Shown piece by piece: positions 9,871 to 19,480 of a stretch of 44,018 nt of DNA. Where the stretch lies: NCBI GenBank assembly GCA_034669905.1, contig JAXMOL010000061.1, positions 1 through 44,018 of the forward strand, in the 5' to 3' direction. This DNA comes from Candidatus Hydrogenedentota bacterium (lineage in GTDB: Bacteria > Hydrogenedentota > Hydrogenedentia > Hydrogenedentales > JAEUWI01). The translations under genes and the position numbers were made by a program. Within the stretch, counting starts at the first letter, position 1. Each line of letters opens with the position of its first letter. Under the pieces are notes generated by a model that saw nothing but the letters and a program-made list of their open reading frames with translations, was not told the origin of the DNA and did not search any database.

Positions 9871-10763
9871 GTGAAATTACCCCGTTTCGGAAGAGAAACA
9901 CGCCCGCACTAAGGTCCCTTCAAGGCTCCTGTGTTCGCAACGCGCCTGCCCGTGTCTGCCACCGGAATTGTGCCCCGGAGGCCCCCCAGACCACGAAACC
10001 GAATAAAATGATGGTCGAGTGCCTGAGCGTCCAATACGGAAGCGCTATCGCACTCTGCGATGTTTCGCTGCCGCTCCCGGAGCGTGAAATTACAGCGCTC
10101 ATTGGGCCGTCGGGCAGCGGTAAGACCAGTTTTCTGGGTGCGCTGAACCGCATGGTGGAACTGGCCCCGCGCTGCCGTGTTACGGGCCGCGTAGTGCTCG
10201 ACGGCGAGGACGTATACTCAGCGTCGGCGAATCTAACGCGACTCCGCCGCCGTGTAGGGATGATATTTCAAAAGCCCAACCCCTTTCCCCTCAGTATTCG
10301 GAAAAACATAACCCTGGCCCTTTCGGAGCAAGGGGTACGGCTCAAAGCCGACCAGGAATGTGTCGTGGAAAAGGTGCTTCGCGGCGTCGGCCTGTGGGAC
10401 GAAGTGAAAGACCGGCTTGGCAAGTCGGCGTTGGATTTGAGCGGTGGCCAGCAGCAGCGACTCTGCATTGCCCGGGCGCTGGCGCTCCAACCCGAAGTAT
10501 TGCTCCTGGACGAGCCATGCAGCGCCCTCGACCCAATTTCCAGCGAAACGATTGAAGACCTCATTGTCGGTCTGCGGGAACGACTCACGATTGTTATCGT
10601 CACCCACAACCTGGGGCAGGCGTGTCGCATAGCCGATACCGTGGCCCTCTTCTGGCAGCAGGACGGCACGGGCCGGTTGGTGGAACACGGCATCTGTTCG
10701 CAGATTTTCGAGGATCCCTGCGAAGATCTGACCGCCAGTTATGTACGCGGCCGCAAAGGGTAA
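9867..10763 (+). CDS. pstB: Phosphate-type ABC transporter ATP-binding protein PstB
   Basis: GPSGSGKT, FQKPNPFP, LSGGQQQRLCIARAL, LLLDEPCSALDP; ATGA overlap with pstA. Confidence 0.9.
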   Translation: MSEITPFRKRNTPALRSLQGSCVRNAPARVCHRNCAPEAPQTTKPNKMMVECLSVQYGSAIALCDVSLPLPEREITALIGPSGSGKTSFLGALNRMVELAPRCRVTGRVVLDGEDVYSASANLTRLRRRVGMIFQKPNPFPLSIRKNITLALSEQGVRLKADQECVVEKVLRGVGLWDEVKDRLGKSALDLSGGQQQRLCIARALALQPEVLLLDEPCSALDPISSETIEDLIVGLRERLTIVIVTHNLGQACRIADTVALFWQQDGTGRLVEHGICSQIFEDPCEDLTASYVRGRKG

Positions 10764-10905
10764 CGTCGGGCTGACGACGGGGTCCAATCGTGGCCGGGAG
10801 CCCAATCGATGGGTGCGAAGCATGGTGAGCGTGGGGCACGTTCGACATGAATCTTTGTGAGTGACGTGCCCCCCCCACTTCTTCTCAATAACTTTTACGA
10901 TTCGG

Positions 10906-10935
10906 TGTAAGAAAGTGACTCCCAGCGACGACTCA
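10906..10935 (+). promoter_or_regulatory. Putative ECF promoter copy 3 (TGTAAGAA-N14-ACGACTCA)
   Basis: Bipartite motif 38 nt upstream of the arsS start. Confidence 0.72.
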
Positions 10936-10972
10936 TAGGCGTAATCAATCGAAACGTCTGAGAGGAGTCACT

Positions 10973-11956
10973 ATGCAAGCTGCGCTGGCCGAAAGAACCA
11001 TCGATGAAGAGCAATCCTTCCTGTGCCGCGTACAGGAGGCCACGGGTGAGGCGCTCAACGGCGCTTCCCTGAATACGGTCCAGGTAAATATCGGGCTGAA
11101 GTGTAACCTGGCCTGCCGGCACTGCCATGTGGAATCCTCGCCCAAGCGCGAAGAGGCCATGTCCTGGAGCACCATGCAGGCGGTCCTCGGAGCCGCACGG
11201 CGCGCGGGCAGCCATACCCTGGACATCACGGGAGGGGCACCGGAAATGCATCCCCACTTTCGGGAATTCGTGGATGGGGCCATTCGCCAGGGACTCCATG
11301 TCATTGTGCGAACGAATCTGACCATCCACTTGCAGCCCGAATACGCTGGTATGACGGACTTCCTCGCGGAGCGCTCCGTCCATCTCGTGGCGTCATTGCC
11401 CTGCTACCTGCCCAATAACGTGGACAAACAACGGGGCCGGCATGTTTACCGAGACAGCATCGCCGTCATTCAACAACTCAACGCATTGGGGTATGGCTCG
11501 CTTCACGGCAAGCAGCTGGATCTCGTGTATAACCCCGGGGGGCCCAGCTTGCCGCCCGAACAGGAAGCCCTCGAATCCGCCTACCGAAAAGCGCTTCATT
11601 CCGAGTTTGGTATCCGATTCAACAAGCTTTACACCATCACCAACATGCCGATTGGCCGATTCATTCAGGATCTGGCCCGGGCAGGCGATGCAGCGCCCTA
11701 TCAGGCGCTCCTACGGAACGCATTTAACCCCGACACCATCGACGGTTTGATGTGTCGGCATCAGCTACACGTCGGCTGGGACGGCAGTCTGTACGACTGC
11801 GATTTTAATTTTGCCCTCGGACTTCCCGCCCATGGCGGCGGCAACGTAGTCGATTTCAATCCGGAGCTATTCCGCACACGGCGCGTGGCCACCGGTGCGC
11901 ACTGCTTCGCCTGTACCGCCGGTTGCGGCTCGTCTTGCAGTGGCGCGATCACCTGA
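10973..11956 (+). CDS. arsS: Arsenosugar biosynthesis radical SAM protein ArsS family (DUF3641 C-terminus)
   Basis: CNLACRHC, DITGGAPE, ASLPCY, YDCDFN, C-terminal HCFACTAGCGSSC; GAGGAG RBS. Confidence 0.88.
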   Translation: MQAALAERTIDEEQSFLCRVQEATGEALNGASLNTVQVNIGLKCNLACRHCHVESSPKREEAMSWSTMQAVLGAARRAGSHTLDITGGAPEMHPHFREFVDGAIRQGLHVIVRTNLTIHLQPEYAGMTDFLAERSVHLVASLPCYLPNNVDKQRGRHVYRDSIAVIQQLNALGYGSLHGKQLDLVYNPGGPSLPPEQEALESAYRKALHSEFGIRFNKLYTITNMPIGRFIQDLARAGDAAPYQALLRNAFNPDTIDGLMCRHQLHVGWDGSLYDCDFNFALGLPAHGGGNVVDFNPELFRTRRVATGAHCFACTAGCGSSCSGAIT

Positions 11957-12007
11957 CGACCACGTCCTTAACAATATTCTCTAATTAACCAGGAGGACTT
12001 TTGCCTA

Positions 12008-13678
12008 ATGAATCTAAACACGGACCGATCAGACAAAAAGGGTGTGGCGGGCCCTGCGACCGACGCCCCATTGGAGCGCGCCCCAGCCGCGACGCTTGTA
12101 AAGCGCCTGTCCCAGGCGGTCATTGTACTTGGAATTCTGGCGTTGCTCCGCCTCCTCCCGGCCGCACAGGCCGTCGAGTCGTTGATAGCCTGGGTGGAGC
12201 AACTCGGGCCCCTCGCCCCCTTCGCATTCATCGGCGCGTATTTCGTGGTCACGGTGTTCATGTTGCCCGCCTCACTGCTCTCGCTGGCCGCCGGTGCTCT
12301 TTTCGGGTTGTTCACGGGAACACTTGTTGTAGCGGCGGGAGCCACGCTGGGAATGGCGGCCACCTTTCTCATTGGCCGCTACCTGGCCCGTCCGGCGGTC
12401 GAGCGGCGCTTTAAGCACAATCCCCGCTTCACGGCAATAGACCGCGCCGTGGGCATGGGCGGTTGGAAGATCGTGGCGCTGTTGCGACTCTCCCCCGCTG
12501 TACCCTTCAATTTACAGAACTATCTCTACGGGCTGACCGCCATTCGTTTCTGGCCCTGCATACTCGCCAGTGCAGTATCGATTCTCCCCGGCACCTTCAT
12601 GTATGTCTATTTTGGCTACGCAAGTCGCGCCAGCCTCGATGCTATCGGCGGCTCGGGTGCCGCCCGGGGTCCGGGCCAGTGGGCACTGTTGATTGTCGGC
12701 CTGGCCGCCACCGTCGCAGTTACGATCTACGTTACGAAACTGGCCCGCGACGCGATCAAGGAGCAGGCCGATTTGGAATCCCCTGCGCCGCCGACAGAAA
12801 CCGAGGACCAGGTAGCACCCACCCAAAATCCATGGCGTGGTGCGCTGACAAGCGCCTTCCTGGCAACCGCAATCCTGGCGGCAGCAGGAGTGCTGCAGTT
12901 TAGGCCCCCATGGCTCATATCGCTCTTCGGGCCGCCGGCCGTAACCCTGAATGAGGCCTATGCAGCCAACGCGGACAGCGCGCACTTCGATCATTCGGCT
13001 TTTGACGTCCTGCTCAAGAAACATGTAAATGGCAACGGCGGGGTTGACTACCGTGCTTTGAAAAACGATGCCGATGCTCTCCATGCCTATGTCGCCTCTC
13101 TGGCCACGGCCCCCTTCAACGAAATGGGGCGCGATGAGAAACTGGCTTTCCTGATAAACGCTTACAACGCGTTTACGCTTAACCTGATTGTGGAGTGGCT
13201 GGACAAAGACATTGATTCCATTCGCGGTATTCCCGCCGACAAGCGCTGGGACGACGTCCGTTGGGAAGTGGCGGGAAACACGTGGAGCTTGAGTCAGCTC
13301 GAGCACGAGCAGATCCGCCCGAAGTTTCAGGAGCCCAATATCCACTTTGCCCTGGTCTGCGCCGCCGTGGGCTGCCCCCCTCTCCGCGCGGAGGCCTATA
13401 CCGCCGCGCACCTTGAAGAGCAACTGGCCGACCAGGCCCGAGTAGTGCACAGAAACGGCTCGCGTTGGTTTCAGCTCGCCCCCGTCAATGACACGCTCCA
13501 ACTGACGTCGCTCTACGAATGGTATGGCGGCGACTTTGAACAGATCGAAAAAAGTATTTTGGACTACGCGGCGCGCTATGCACCTGAACTCGCCGAATTG
13601 CTTCATTCCGGGAAGCGCCCCACTATCAAATGGCTCGACTATGATTGGTCCTTGAACAACCAGGAGAACTTGAATTGA
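12008..13678 (+). CDS. TVP38/TMEM64 (DedA/VTT) membrane domain fused to DUF547 domain
   Basis: LLRLSPAVPFNLQNYLYGLT; then VDY, INAYNA, IHFALVCAAVGCPPL, YDWSLN. Confidence 0.85.
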   Translation: MNLNTDRSDKKGVAGPATDAPLERAPAATLVKRLSQAVIVLGILALLRLLPAAQAVESLIAWVEQLGPLAPFAFIGAYFVVTVFMLPASLLSLAAGALFGLFTGTLVVAAGATLGMAATFLIGRYLARPAVERRFKHNPRFTAIDRAVGMGGWKIVALLRLSPAVPFNLQNYLYGLTAIRFWPCILASAVSILPGTFMYVYFGYASRASLDAIGGSGAARGPGQWALLIVGLAATVAVTIYVTKLARDAIKEQADLESPAPPTETEDQVAPTQNPWRGALTSAFLATAILAAAGVLQFRPPWLISLFGPPAVTLNEAYAANADSAHFDHSAFDVLLKKHVNGNGGVDYRALKNDADALHAYVASLATAPFNEMGRDEKLAFLINAYNAFTLNLIVEWLDKDIDSIRGIPADKRWDDVRWEVAGNTWSLSQLEHEQIRPKFQEPNIHFALVCAAVGCPPLRAEAYTAAHLEEQLADQARVVHRNGSRWFQLAPVNDTLQLTSLYEWYGGDFEQIEKSILDYAARYAPELAELLHSGKRPTIKWLDYDWSLNNQENLN

Positions 13679-15231
13679 GCGAAACGATTTCTACAGAAGC
13701 AACGATTGAACCTCACCTCGAAGCGGCGCTCCAACCGCTGGACGAACACAATCTCACCTTACAGGGCCACACGAAACCGACGGACTGGAAAAACCCCGTC
13801 CCCGCCGGGCGCTATAACCTTGTCGTCATCGGGGCCGGCCCCGCAGGTCTGGTGGCCGCAGCGGGTGCCGCGGGTCTTGGAGCCAAAGTAGCCCTCGTCG
13901 AGCGCTCCCTGATGGGCGGCGACTGCCTGAATGTGGGGTGCGTGCCCAGCAAAGCACTGATCCGTTGCGCCCAGGCCGCGGCAGATGTACGTGATGCCGC
14001 ACAATTTGGCGTCAACGTAGGTGGAGATGTCCAGGTCGATTTTGGCGCAGTGATGGAGCGCATGCGTCGACTGCGGGCCGACTTGAGCCATCACGATTCC
14101 GTCGCCCGTTTCACCGAACTGGGTATCGATGTATTCCAAGGCGATGCCCGTTTTGACGGCAAACATTCGGTCGCCGTGGGCGATGCGCGACTGAGTTTTT
14201 CGAAAGCGCTGATCGCCACGGGCGCCCGCGCCATCGCGCCGCCCATTCCGGGCCTGGAAGAAGCGGGATATCTGACCAATGAGACAGTCTTCTCGCTCAC
14301 GGAACGGCCGTCGCGTCTTGCCGTCGTCGGTGCCGGACCTATCGGGTGCGAGCTGGCCCAGGCCTTCGCCCGGCTCGGCTCCGTTGTCACGCTGGTGGAA
14401 TCGGGTTCTCGGATCCTTCCGCGCGAGGAGACTGAAGCCGCGGAAATCGTTCACCGTGCCCTCGTCCGCGATGGCGTCATGATCGTCTGCGGCGGAAAAG
14501 CCGCGTCCGTCCGAAAGGAGGGCGAGGAGAAGGTGCTCGAACTGCATTGCCACGGAGAAGACCACGAGGTTCGTGTAGATGCCATTGTGATCGGCGTAGG
14601 GCGGGCGCCCAACGTGGAAACACTCAATCTCGAGGAAGCGGGCGTCGAATACGACGAAAAAAAAGGCATTCGCGTAGATGATTTCCTGCGCACCAGCAAT
14701 ACGAACATTTATGCCGCGGGCGATGTTTCATCGGTGTACAAATTCACCCACTCCGCCGATGCTCTCGCACGTATTGTGCTACGTAACGCGCTGTTTTTCG
14801 GGCGTGACAAGGCTAGCGCACTTGTCATTCCGTGGAGCACCTACACCGATCCCGAAGTGGCGCATGTTGGAATGACCGACGAAGACGCCACGCAGCGTGG
14901 AATCGAAACCCATACGATTTCCGTTCCACTGAACGCCGTGGACCGCGCGGTCCTCGACGGGGAAGATGAAGGATACATTCGCATCCTTTTGAAGGCGGGT
15001 TCGGACCAGATGTTGGGCGCGACCCTGGTGGCCCGACACGCAGGAGACATGATTTCCGAAATAACCGCGGTCATGGTCGCCGGAAAAGGCCTGTCGTCCC
15101 TGGCCAAGACCATTCACCCCTATCCCACGCGGGCGGAAGTGATCAAGCGAGCCGCAGACGCCTACAACCGCCAAAAATTGACGCCGCGCGTCAAGAACCT
15201 ATTTGAAAAGCTACTTTCGTGGCGGAGATAG
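13675..15231 (+). CDS. Mercuric reductase-like / dihydrolipoamide dehydrogenase-like FAD-dependent disulfide oxidoreductase
   Basis: GAGPAG, GGDCLNVGCVPSK, GAGPIGCE, YAAGD, HPYPT; TTG start overlaps the upstream stop (TTGA) after AGGAG. Confidence 0.85.
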   Translation: MSETISTEATIEPHLEAALQPLDEHNLTLQGHTKPTDWKNPVPAGRYNLVVIGAGPAGLVAAAGAAGLGAKVALVERSLMGGDCLNVGCVPSKALIRCAQAAADVRDAAQFGVNVGGDVQVDFGAVMERMRRLRADLSHHDSVARFTELGIDVFQGDARFDGKHSVAVGDARLSFSKALIATGARAIAPPIPGLEEAGYLTNETVFSLTERPSRLAVVGAGPIGCELAQAFARLGSVVTLVESGSRILPREETEAAEIVHRALVRDGVMIVCGGKAASVRKEGEEKVLELHCHGEDHEVRVDAIVIGVGRAPNVETLNLEEAGVEYDEKKGIRVDDFLRTSNTNIYAAGDVSSVYKFTHSADALARIVLRNALFFGRDKASALVIPWSTYTDPEVAHVGMTDEDATQRGIETHTISVPLNAVDRAVLDGEDEGYIRILLKAGSDQMLGATLVARHAGDMISEITAVMVAGKGLSSLAKTIHPYPTRAEVIKRAADAYNRQKLTPRVKNLFEKLLSWRR

Positions 15232-15278
15232 CCTACCCCCTGGCTGTATATGAATCGAACAATCGAATGGAGCACGAA

Positions 15279-15719
15279 ATGACTGAAAGCAAATATAACG
15301 TAAAAAGCGAAAACGTCGAAGTACCGTTTGCGCGAAAGCAGTCGGGGACACTGCGGGAGAGACTCCTCATCGGCACGCTGGTCGCCGCTGCCGGCTTGTG
15401 GGGCTTCGGTCAGTATCAACAACGAAGCCTTCAAGCCTCGGCCGCACCACTCGTGGAGCAGGCCCTGAAAGAAAACATCACACCCGATGTGGAGGCCGCA
15501 TCAAATCTCACGGTAGCGCGGAAGACGCCATTATTCGGAACGCCGGTGGCCAAGGTGGAAGTGTTTATCCGAAAGGCCGGTGGCGGTGCCGATGACACTA
15601 TTGGCGGAATTGAGTACGAGTATGCCTTTGAGAATGGGGAATGGCAGTTGAAAAATAGTGGCGGTTGCACAAGTGAGGCGTGCATCGTCCGTGGGAAGGA
15701 TGCGTTTTCGAAACAATGA
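15279..15719 (+). CDS. Hypothetical single-pass membrane protein with C-terminal CxxxxC
   Basis: GGAG before ATG; one TM helix; GGCTSEAC; ATGA overlap with the next gene. Confidence 0.6.
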   Translation: MTESKYNVKSENVEVPFARKQSGTLRERLLIGTLVAAAGLWGFGQYQQRSLQASAAPLVEQALKENITPDVEAASNLTVARKTPLFGTPVAKVEVFIRKAGGGADDTIGGIEYEYAFENGEWQLKNSGGCTSEACIVRGKDAFSKQ

Positions 15720-17584
15720 GCTACAACCACCTGAACAAATTGTGGCGTGCATCATCCCTGCTTCAGGAGTATCTCCTGGGTCGCCTGATCTTCTGGAAAT
15801 TGCGCCGCCAGTTTCAGCCCATATTTGCCGAGGTCGATCCGCTGGCGACCTACCTGGAGTTCGATCTCTTTCCCGACCTGCGGCAAAATAAGGTAGTCCA
15901 AATTTCCGTCGCCTGTGATTCGACGTCCGGTGAACTTCACTTTCAGGGTGCAGGACAGCGGTGTGAGCGGATACCCTACAAGGCCCCCCACCTCGTGGAG
16001 GAGTTCACGCGCCGAGGTATCCACCAGATCGAGCTTGACACCGTGCTGGAGTCGGGGCAGATTGGCGAGGCCATCTCGCTCCTACTCCGGGCACGACTCG
16101 CCCTCGAATTCGCCGAGCCCAGTGATGTTGCATATACCGGCTGGGCACCCGAGAAAATTGCTGCCACACTTCTTGGCCCGAAGGGGTACAAAAAGTTCTG
16201 CGCCATCCTCCGCGTTGACCGCAGTCAACGCAGCCTCTCGGTGGAATACTCCTACTGTCCCCTCTTCTTCAGTCGCCTCGTACAACGGTATACCGCCTCG
16301 GCTGGCCGATTTTCGGACCATCGCGCCTTTTTTCGGCTGGCGCCACGGGCCGCACTCTTCACACTGCTCCTTTTCGCAGCACCGGCCATATTCCTGCTCG
16401 TCGGTCCGAGTTTTTCCGTTGCCGCCACCCTGCTCGTCGGGATTCTCGGCGCAACGCTGGTTTGGCTGGGTATTCACACCATCGGAGCCATCCAATACGA
16501 CAAGGAACATTACGAGAAAGCTCGTGAATCATATCTGGAGGAGACGCGGCATCTGGCGCGTTTTCCCGAAGTAAATCCCGACCCCGTCTTGGAGATCACC
16601 ATGGGCGGCGAGTTTCGCTACGTCAATCTTGCCGCACTGCAATTGCTCGCTACAATGGGTGGGGTGCCTGCGGAAAGAGACGCACTGCTCCCGGAGGACC
16701 GGGTCCAACGAACACAGCGCGCAATGCAGTCACCTGACCGACGCGATACCTTCGAACACACCGTTGGCAATCGGATCTTTCAATACACCGCGACGGCTTT
16801 TCCTGACGAAAAAACGGTAATTGTCTCGGGAAGAGACGTAACCAACTTGAGACACGCAGAATCGGAACTGCGCTCCCTCAATTTCGATCTGGAAAGAAAG
16901 GTCAGCGAGCGCACGCTCGAACTCGCGCTGACCCAGGATGTCACTATCATGTGCCTGGCGGGACTGGCCGAGACGCGCGATCCAGAGACGGGACGTCACC
17001 TCGACCGCACGCGACACTATGTACGTGTCCTAGCGGAGAAGCTCCGTGTCCACCCACGCTTTGAAAAGTTGCTGTCCGACGCTTCGGTGCAAACGGCATT
17101 CAAATCCGCGCCGCTTCACGATATCGGAAAAGTTGGAGTCTCCGATGCCGTGTTACTGAAACCCGGAGAGCTTACCGATGAAGAGTTTGACGAAATTAAA
17201 ACCCATTGTAAACTCGGCGGCGATGCGCTCCGAATCGCGGAAGAGCGCATGGGATTTAACACGTTCCTGACCATGGCCAAAGAGATCGCTTACTACCATC
17301 ATGAACGGTGGGATGGTCGGGGCTATCCATTTGGTAAAAGTGGCGAGGATATTCCGTGGGCGGCACGCCTGATGTCTGTGGCCGATGTATACGACGCTCT
17401 CACCTCGAGGCGGCCCTACAAAGAACCATGGTCCCATAGCGACGCGCGGGCTGAGATTCTCAAGCATCGTGGCTCGCAATTTGACCCTGATGTGGTGGAC
17501 GCATTCATCGCTACGGAGGATGAATTTGTACGACTATCCAAGGAGTACGCCGAGCCCCGGCAACCCGACGCGGAAAGCGCTTGA
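15716..17584 (+). CDS. Membrane-bound HD-GYP domain c-di-GMP phosphodiesterase with PAS-like region
   Basis: RDPETGRH, LHDIGKVG, HHERWDGRGYP, ADVYDAL, RPYK; 2 TM segments; FPEVNPDPV. Confidence 0.88.
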   Translation: MSYNHLNKLWRASSLLQEYLLGRLIFWKLRRQFQPIFAEVDPLATYLEFDLFPDLRQNKVVQISVACDSTSGELHFQGAGQRCERIPYKAPHLVEEFTRRGIHQIELDTVLESGQIGEAISLLLRARLALEFAEPSDVAYTGWAPEKIAATLLGPKGYKKFCAILRVDRSQRSLSVEYSYCPLFFSRLVQRYTASAGRFSDHRAFFRLAPRAALFTLLLFAAPAIFLLVGPSFSVAATLLVGILGATLVWLGIHTIGAIQYDKEHYEKARESYLEETRHLARFPEVNPDPVLEITMGGEFRYVNLAALQLLATMGGVPAERDALLPEDRVQRTQRAMQSPDRRDTFEHTVGNRIFQYTATAFPDEKTVIVSGRDVTNLRHAESELRSLNFDLERKVSERTLELALTQDVTIMCLAGLAETRDPETGRHLDRTRHYVRVLAEKLRVHPRFEKLLSDASVQTAFKSAPLHDIGKVGVSDAVLLKPGELTDEEFDEIKTHCKLGGDALRIAEERMGFNTFLTMAKEIAYYHHERWDGRGYPFGKSGEDIPWAARLMSVADVYDALTSRRPYKEPWSHSDARAEILKHRGSQFDPDVVDAFIATEDEFVRLSKEYAEPRQPDAESA

Positions 17585-17854
17585 CGGCCAGCATGAAGAT
17601 TCCTGTCTTAGACCAGACGCAGGACCGCGGATGGCCAAATTATTCTCCAGGTTTCGAAACGCAGCATTTAAACAAGACCAATCTTAGTCCGCCTAGGGGT
17701 TATCTAAGGTGCCGCCAGCTCATTTTACCGGGAACCAAAAAAAGGCGTAATCGCCACAAATCCTGTGCCGCATTGATATGCAAACCCGCACCCTATGAAT
17801 ACATACCTGCTTTACTAACCAATATCACTATGTTACCAACACAAGGAGTTACCC

Positions 17855-18484
17855 ATGAATAAATCTACTTACATCACGTTTGCGGCGACGCTTTCCATGG
17901 CTGTGGTGTCCACGGTCGCCTACGCCGCCGGAAGTGGCACCAAGAGCGCGAACCCTGAAATGGGGGAAATTGGCGACCCGGCACCCGCACTCAAAATCTC
18001 CAGCTGGGTGAAGGGCGAGCCCGTCAATCTCGCGGAGGGAAAAGGGAAGCGGGCGTACCTGGTTGAGTTTTGGGCAACGTGGTGTCCGCAGTGTGAAAAG
18101 GTGATTCCCCATCTATCGGAAATCCAAGCGAACTATGGGGACAGTGGCCTCTCGGTAGTAGCCGTCTCGATGGAAGAAAAAGAGGTGGTGGAAGACTTCG
18201 TAACGTCGAAGGGGGTGGCGATTGGCTATACCGTCGCGCTTGACAAGGACCAGCAGACCGTTATGGCCTATATGACGAAGTTCGGGCTGAATGGCATCCC
18301 GGCCTCATTTCTGGTCGACAAGCAAGGCAAGATTACGTGGGTAGGTCATCCCGCCGATCCGGAACTTCAGACGCAGCTCGCTAAACTCTTCCCCCAGGCG
18401 GAGAAAAGCGAAGCGCGCGGCAGCGCCACGAAACCTGCGCACGGGAAGAAGAGAACGGCATCTGGGGGCTCCAGCTCGAAATAG
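17855..18484 (+). CDS. TlpA-like thiol:disulfide redoxin, exported
   Basis: Signal peptide, EFWATWCPQC, GIPASFLVD; AAGGAG RBS. Confidence 0.88.
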   Translation: MNKSTYITFAATLSMAVVSTVAYAAGSGTKSANPEMGEIGDPAPALKISSWVKGEPVNLAEGKGKRAYLVEFWATWCPQCEKVIPHLSEIQANYGDSGLSVVAVSMEEKEVVEDFVTSKGVAIGYTVALDKDQQTVMAYMTKFGLNGIPASFLVDKQGKITWVGHPADPELQTQLAKLFPQAEKSEARGSATKPAHGKKRTASGGSSSK

Positions 18485-18563
18485 TGCCACCGCAAATTAC
18501 GCAATGCGCGGAGCTCCACTCGGGCTCCGCGCATTCTCGTGGCTCCGTCTTCATTCTATTCGT

Positions 18564-18959
18564 TCACGCTATGGGAAGACGTTCACCCCGCGCATAGCGC
18601 GCAACGTCCATGATGTCGAGCACCAGGGAAAGGGTATTAGAAAGCACAACCAACCCGAGCCACCAACGATAGGGCGTCTCACCCTCACCCGTCGCCAACA
18701 GAAATACGAAGTATAGGCTGAGCGGAGTCCACGCTACGATATGCCCCAATCCGAGCAGGCGAACGAATCCCCGCCTTGCGTGTATGGCGGCCATGACTCC
18801 GAAGGCAAGCGCCATTGCCATGATGGCCGCCCCCCCTGCTGGTCGGTCAACGTACCAGAAAGCACCACCCAGATTAACCACGCTGAGATGGAACACCCAG
18901 AGGTTCCAGGGGAAGGGCATTCTTATGATCGCCTTCATCAACTTCAGTATGTTGCGCAC
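18564..18959 (-). CDS. Small 4-TM hypothetical membrane protein
   Basis: Hydrophobic ORF with RLLGLGHIVAW and SLVLDIMDV; GTG start after AAAGGGGA. Confidence 0.6.
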   Translation of the reverse strand: MRNILKLMKAIIRMPFPWNLWVFHLSVVNLGGAFWYVDRPAGGAAIMAMALAFGVMAAIHARRGFVRLLGLGHIVAWTPLSLYFVFLLATGEGETPYRWWLGLVVLSNTLSLVLDIMDVARYARGERLPIA

Positions 18960-19171
18960 TTGCTGTTCCCCTTTGAAAAAGTAGGGACCTCCGATTGCAT
19001 ACACCATGCAATTCCAACGCCAGGTAACGTTGAGTGACGAGAGATCGAATGGACGGCTCACGCTCACTCCAAGCTCTGCACCTGGCCCCGTTCAATTCGG
19101 AGCGAGACGTATCCCATGTCATCCCGCTTTTCCTTCCTGCTCACGCGTCGAAACCTTTATTTAAACTTTGG

Positions 19172-19200
19172 TGTAAGAATCGGGCAGCTACGACGACTCA
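19172..19200 (+). promoter_or_regulatory. Putative ECF promoter copy 4 (TGTAAGAA-N13-ACGACTCA)
   Basis: Exact motif upstream of the RiPP precursor; a degenerate copy TGTAATAT-N13-GCGACTAA lies at 19283-19311. Confidence 0.7.
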
Positions 19201-19480
19201 CCAATGTAAGAAGCCTTGGTCAAGATGTGTAATCGCTGGAATCGCAGGGGCTTTGACGCCCCTACACATCCAAAATTGAAGCTGTAATATTTTGATGGAT
19301 TCCGCGACTAATCTGGTGTTGGCTGGATTTCACGGGTTACCACAACTAGAAAGCCTCGCAAACGTTGTCGCGCTGAAAGGCTGGGTATATCGCAATGGAA
19401 TCCACCATCAGTCCGTAGTTCGCCAAACCACAGGTCTGGCGAAAATATTGAAGTCCTAATCAATTAAAAGGAGAATGCAC

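Noticed and set aside
5106..11956. Selenoprotein forms of DUF3179 and ArsS
   Set aside because: The relevant positions (YCPLC, GSSC) are TGT/TGC codons and the ORFs are uninterrupted
13675..15231. Calling this gene merA
   Set aside because: No C-terminal CC, no N-terminal metal-binding domain, and no merR/merT/merP nearby
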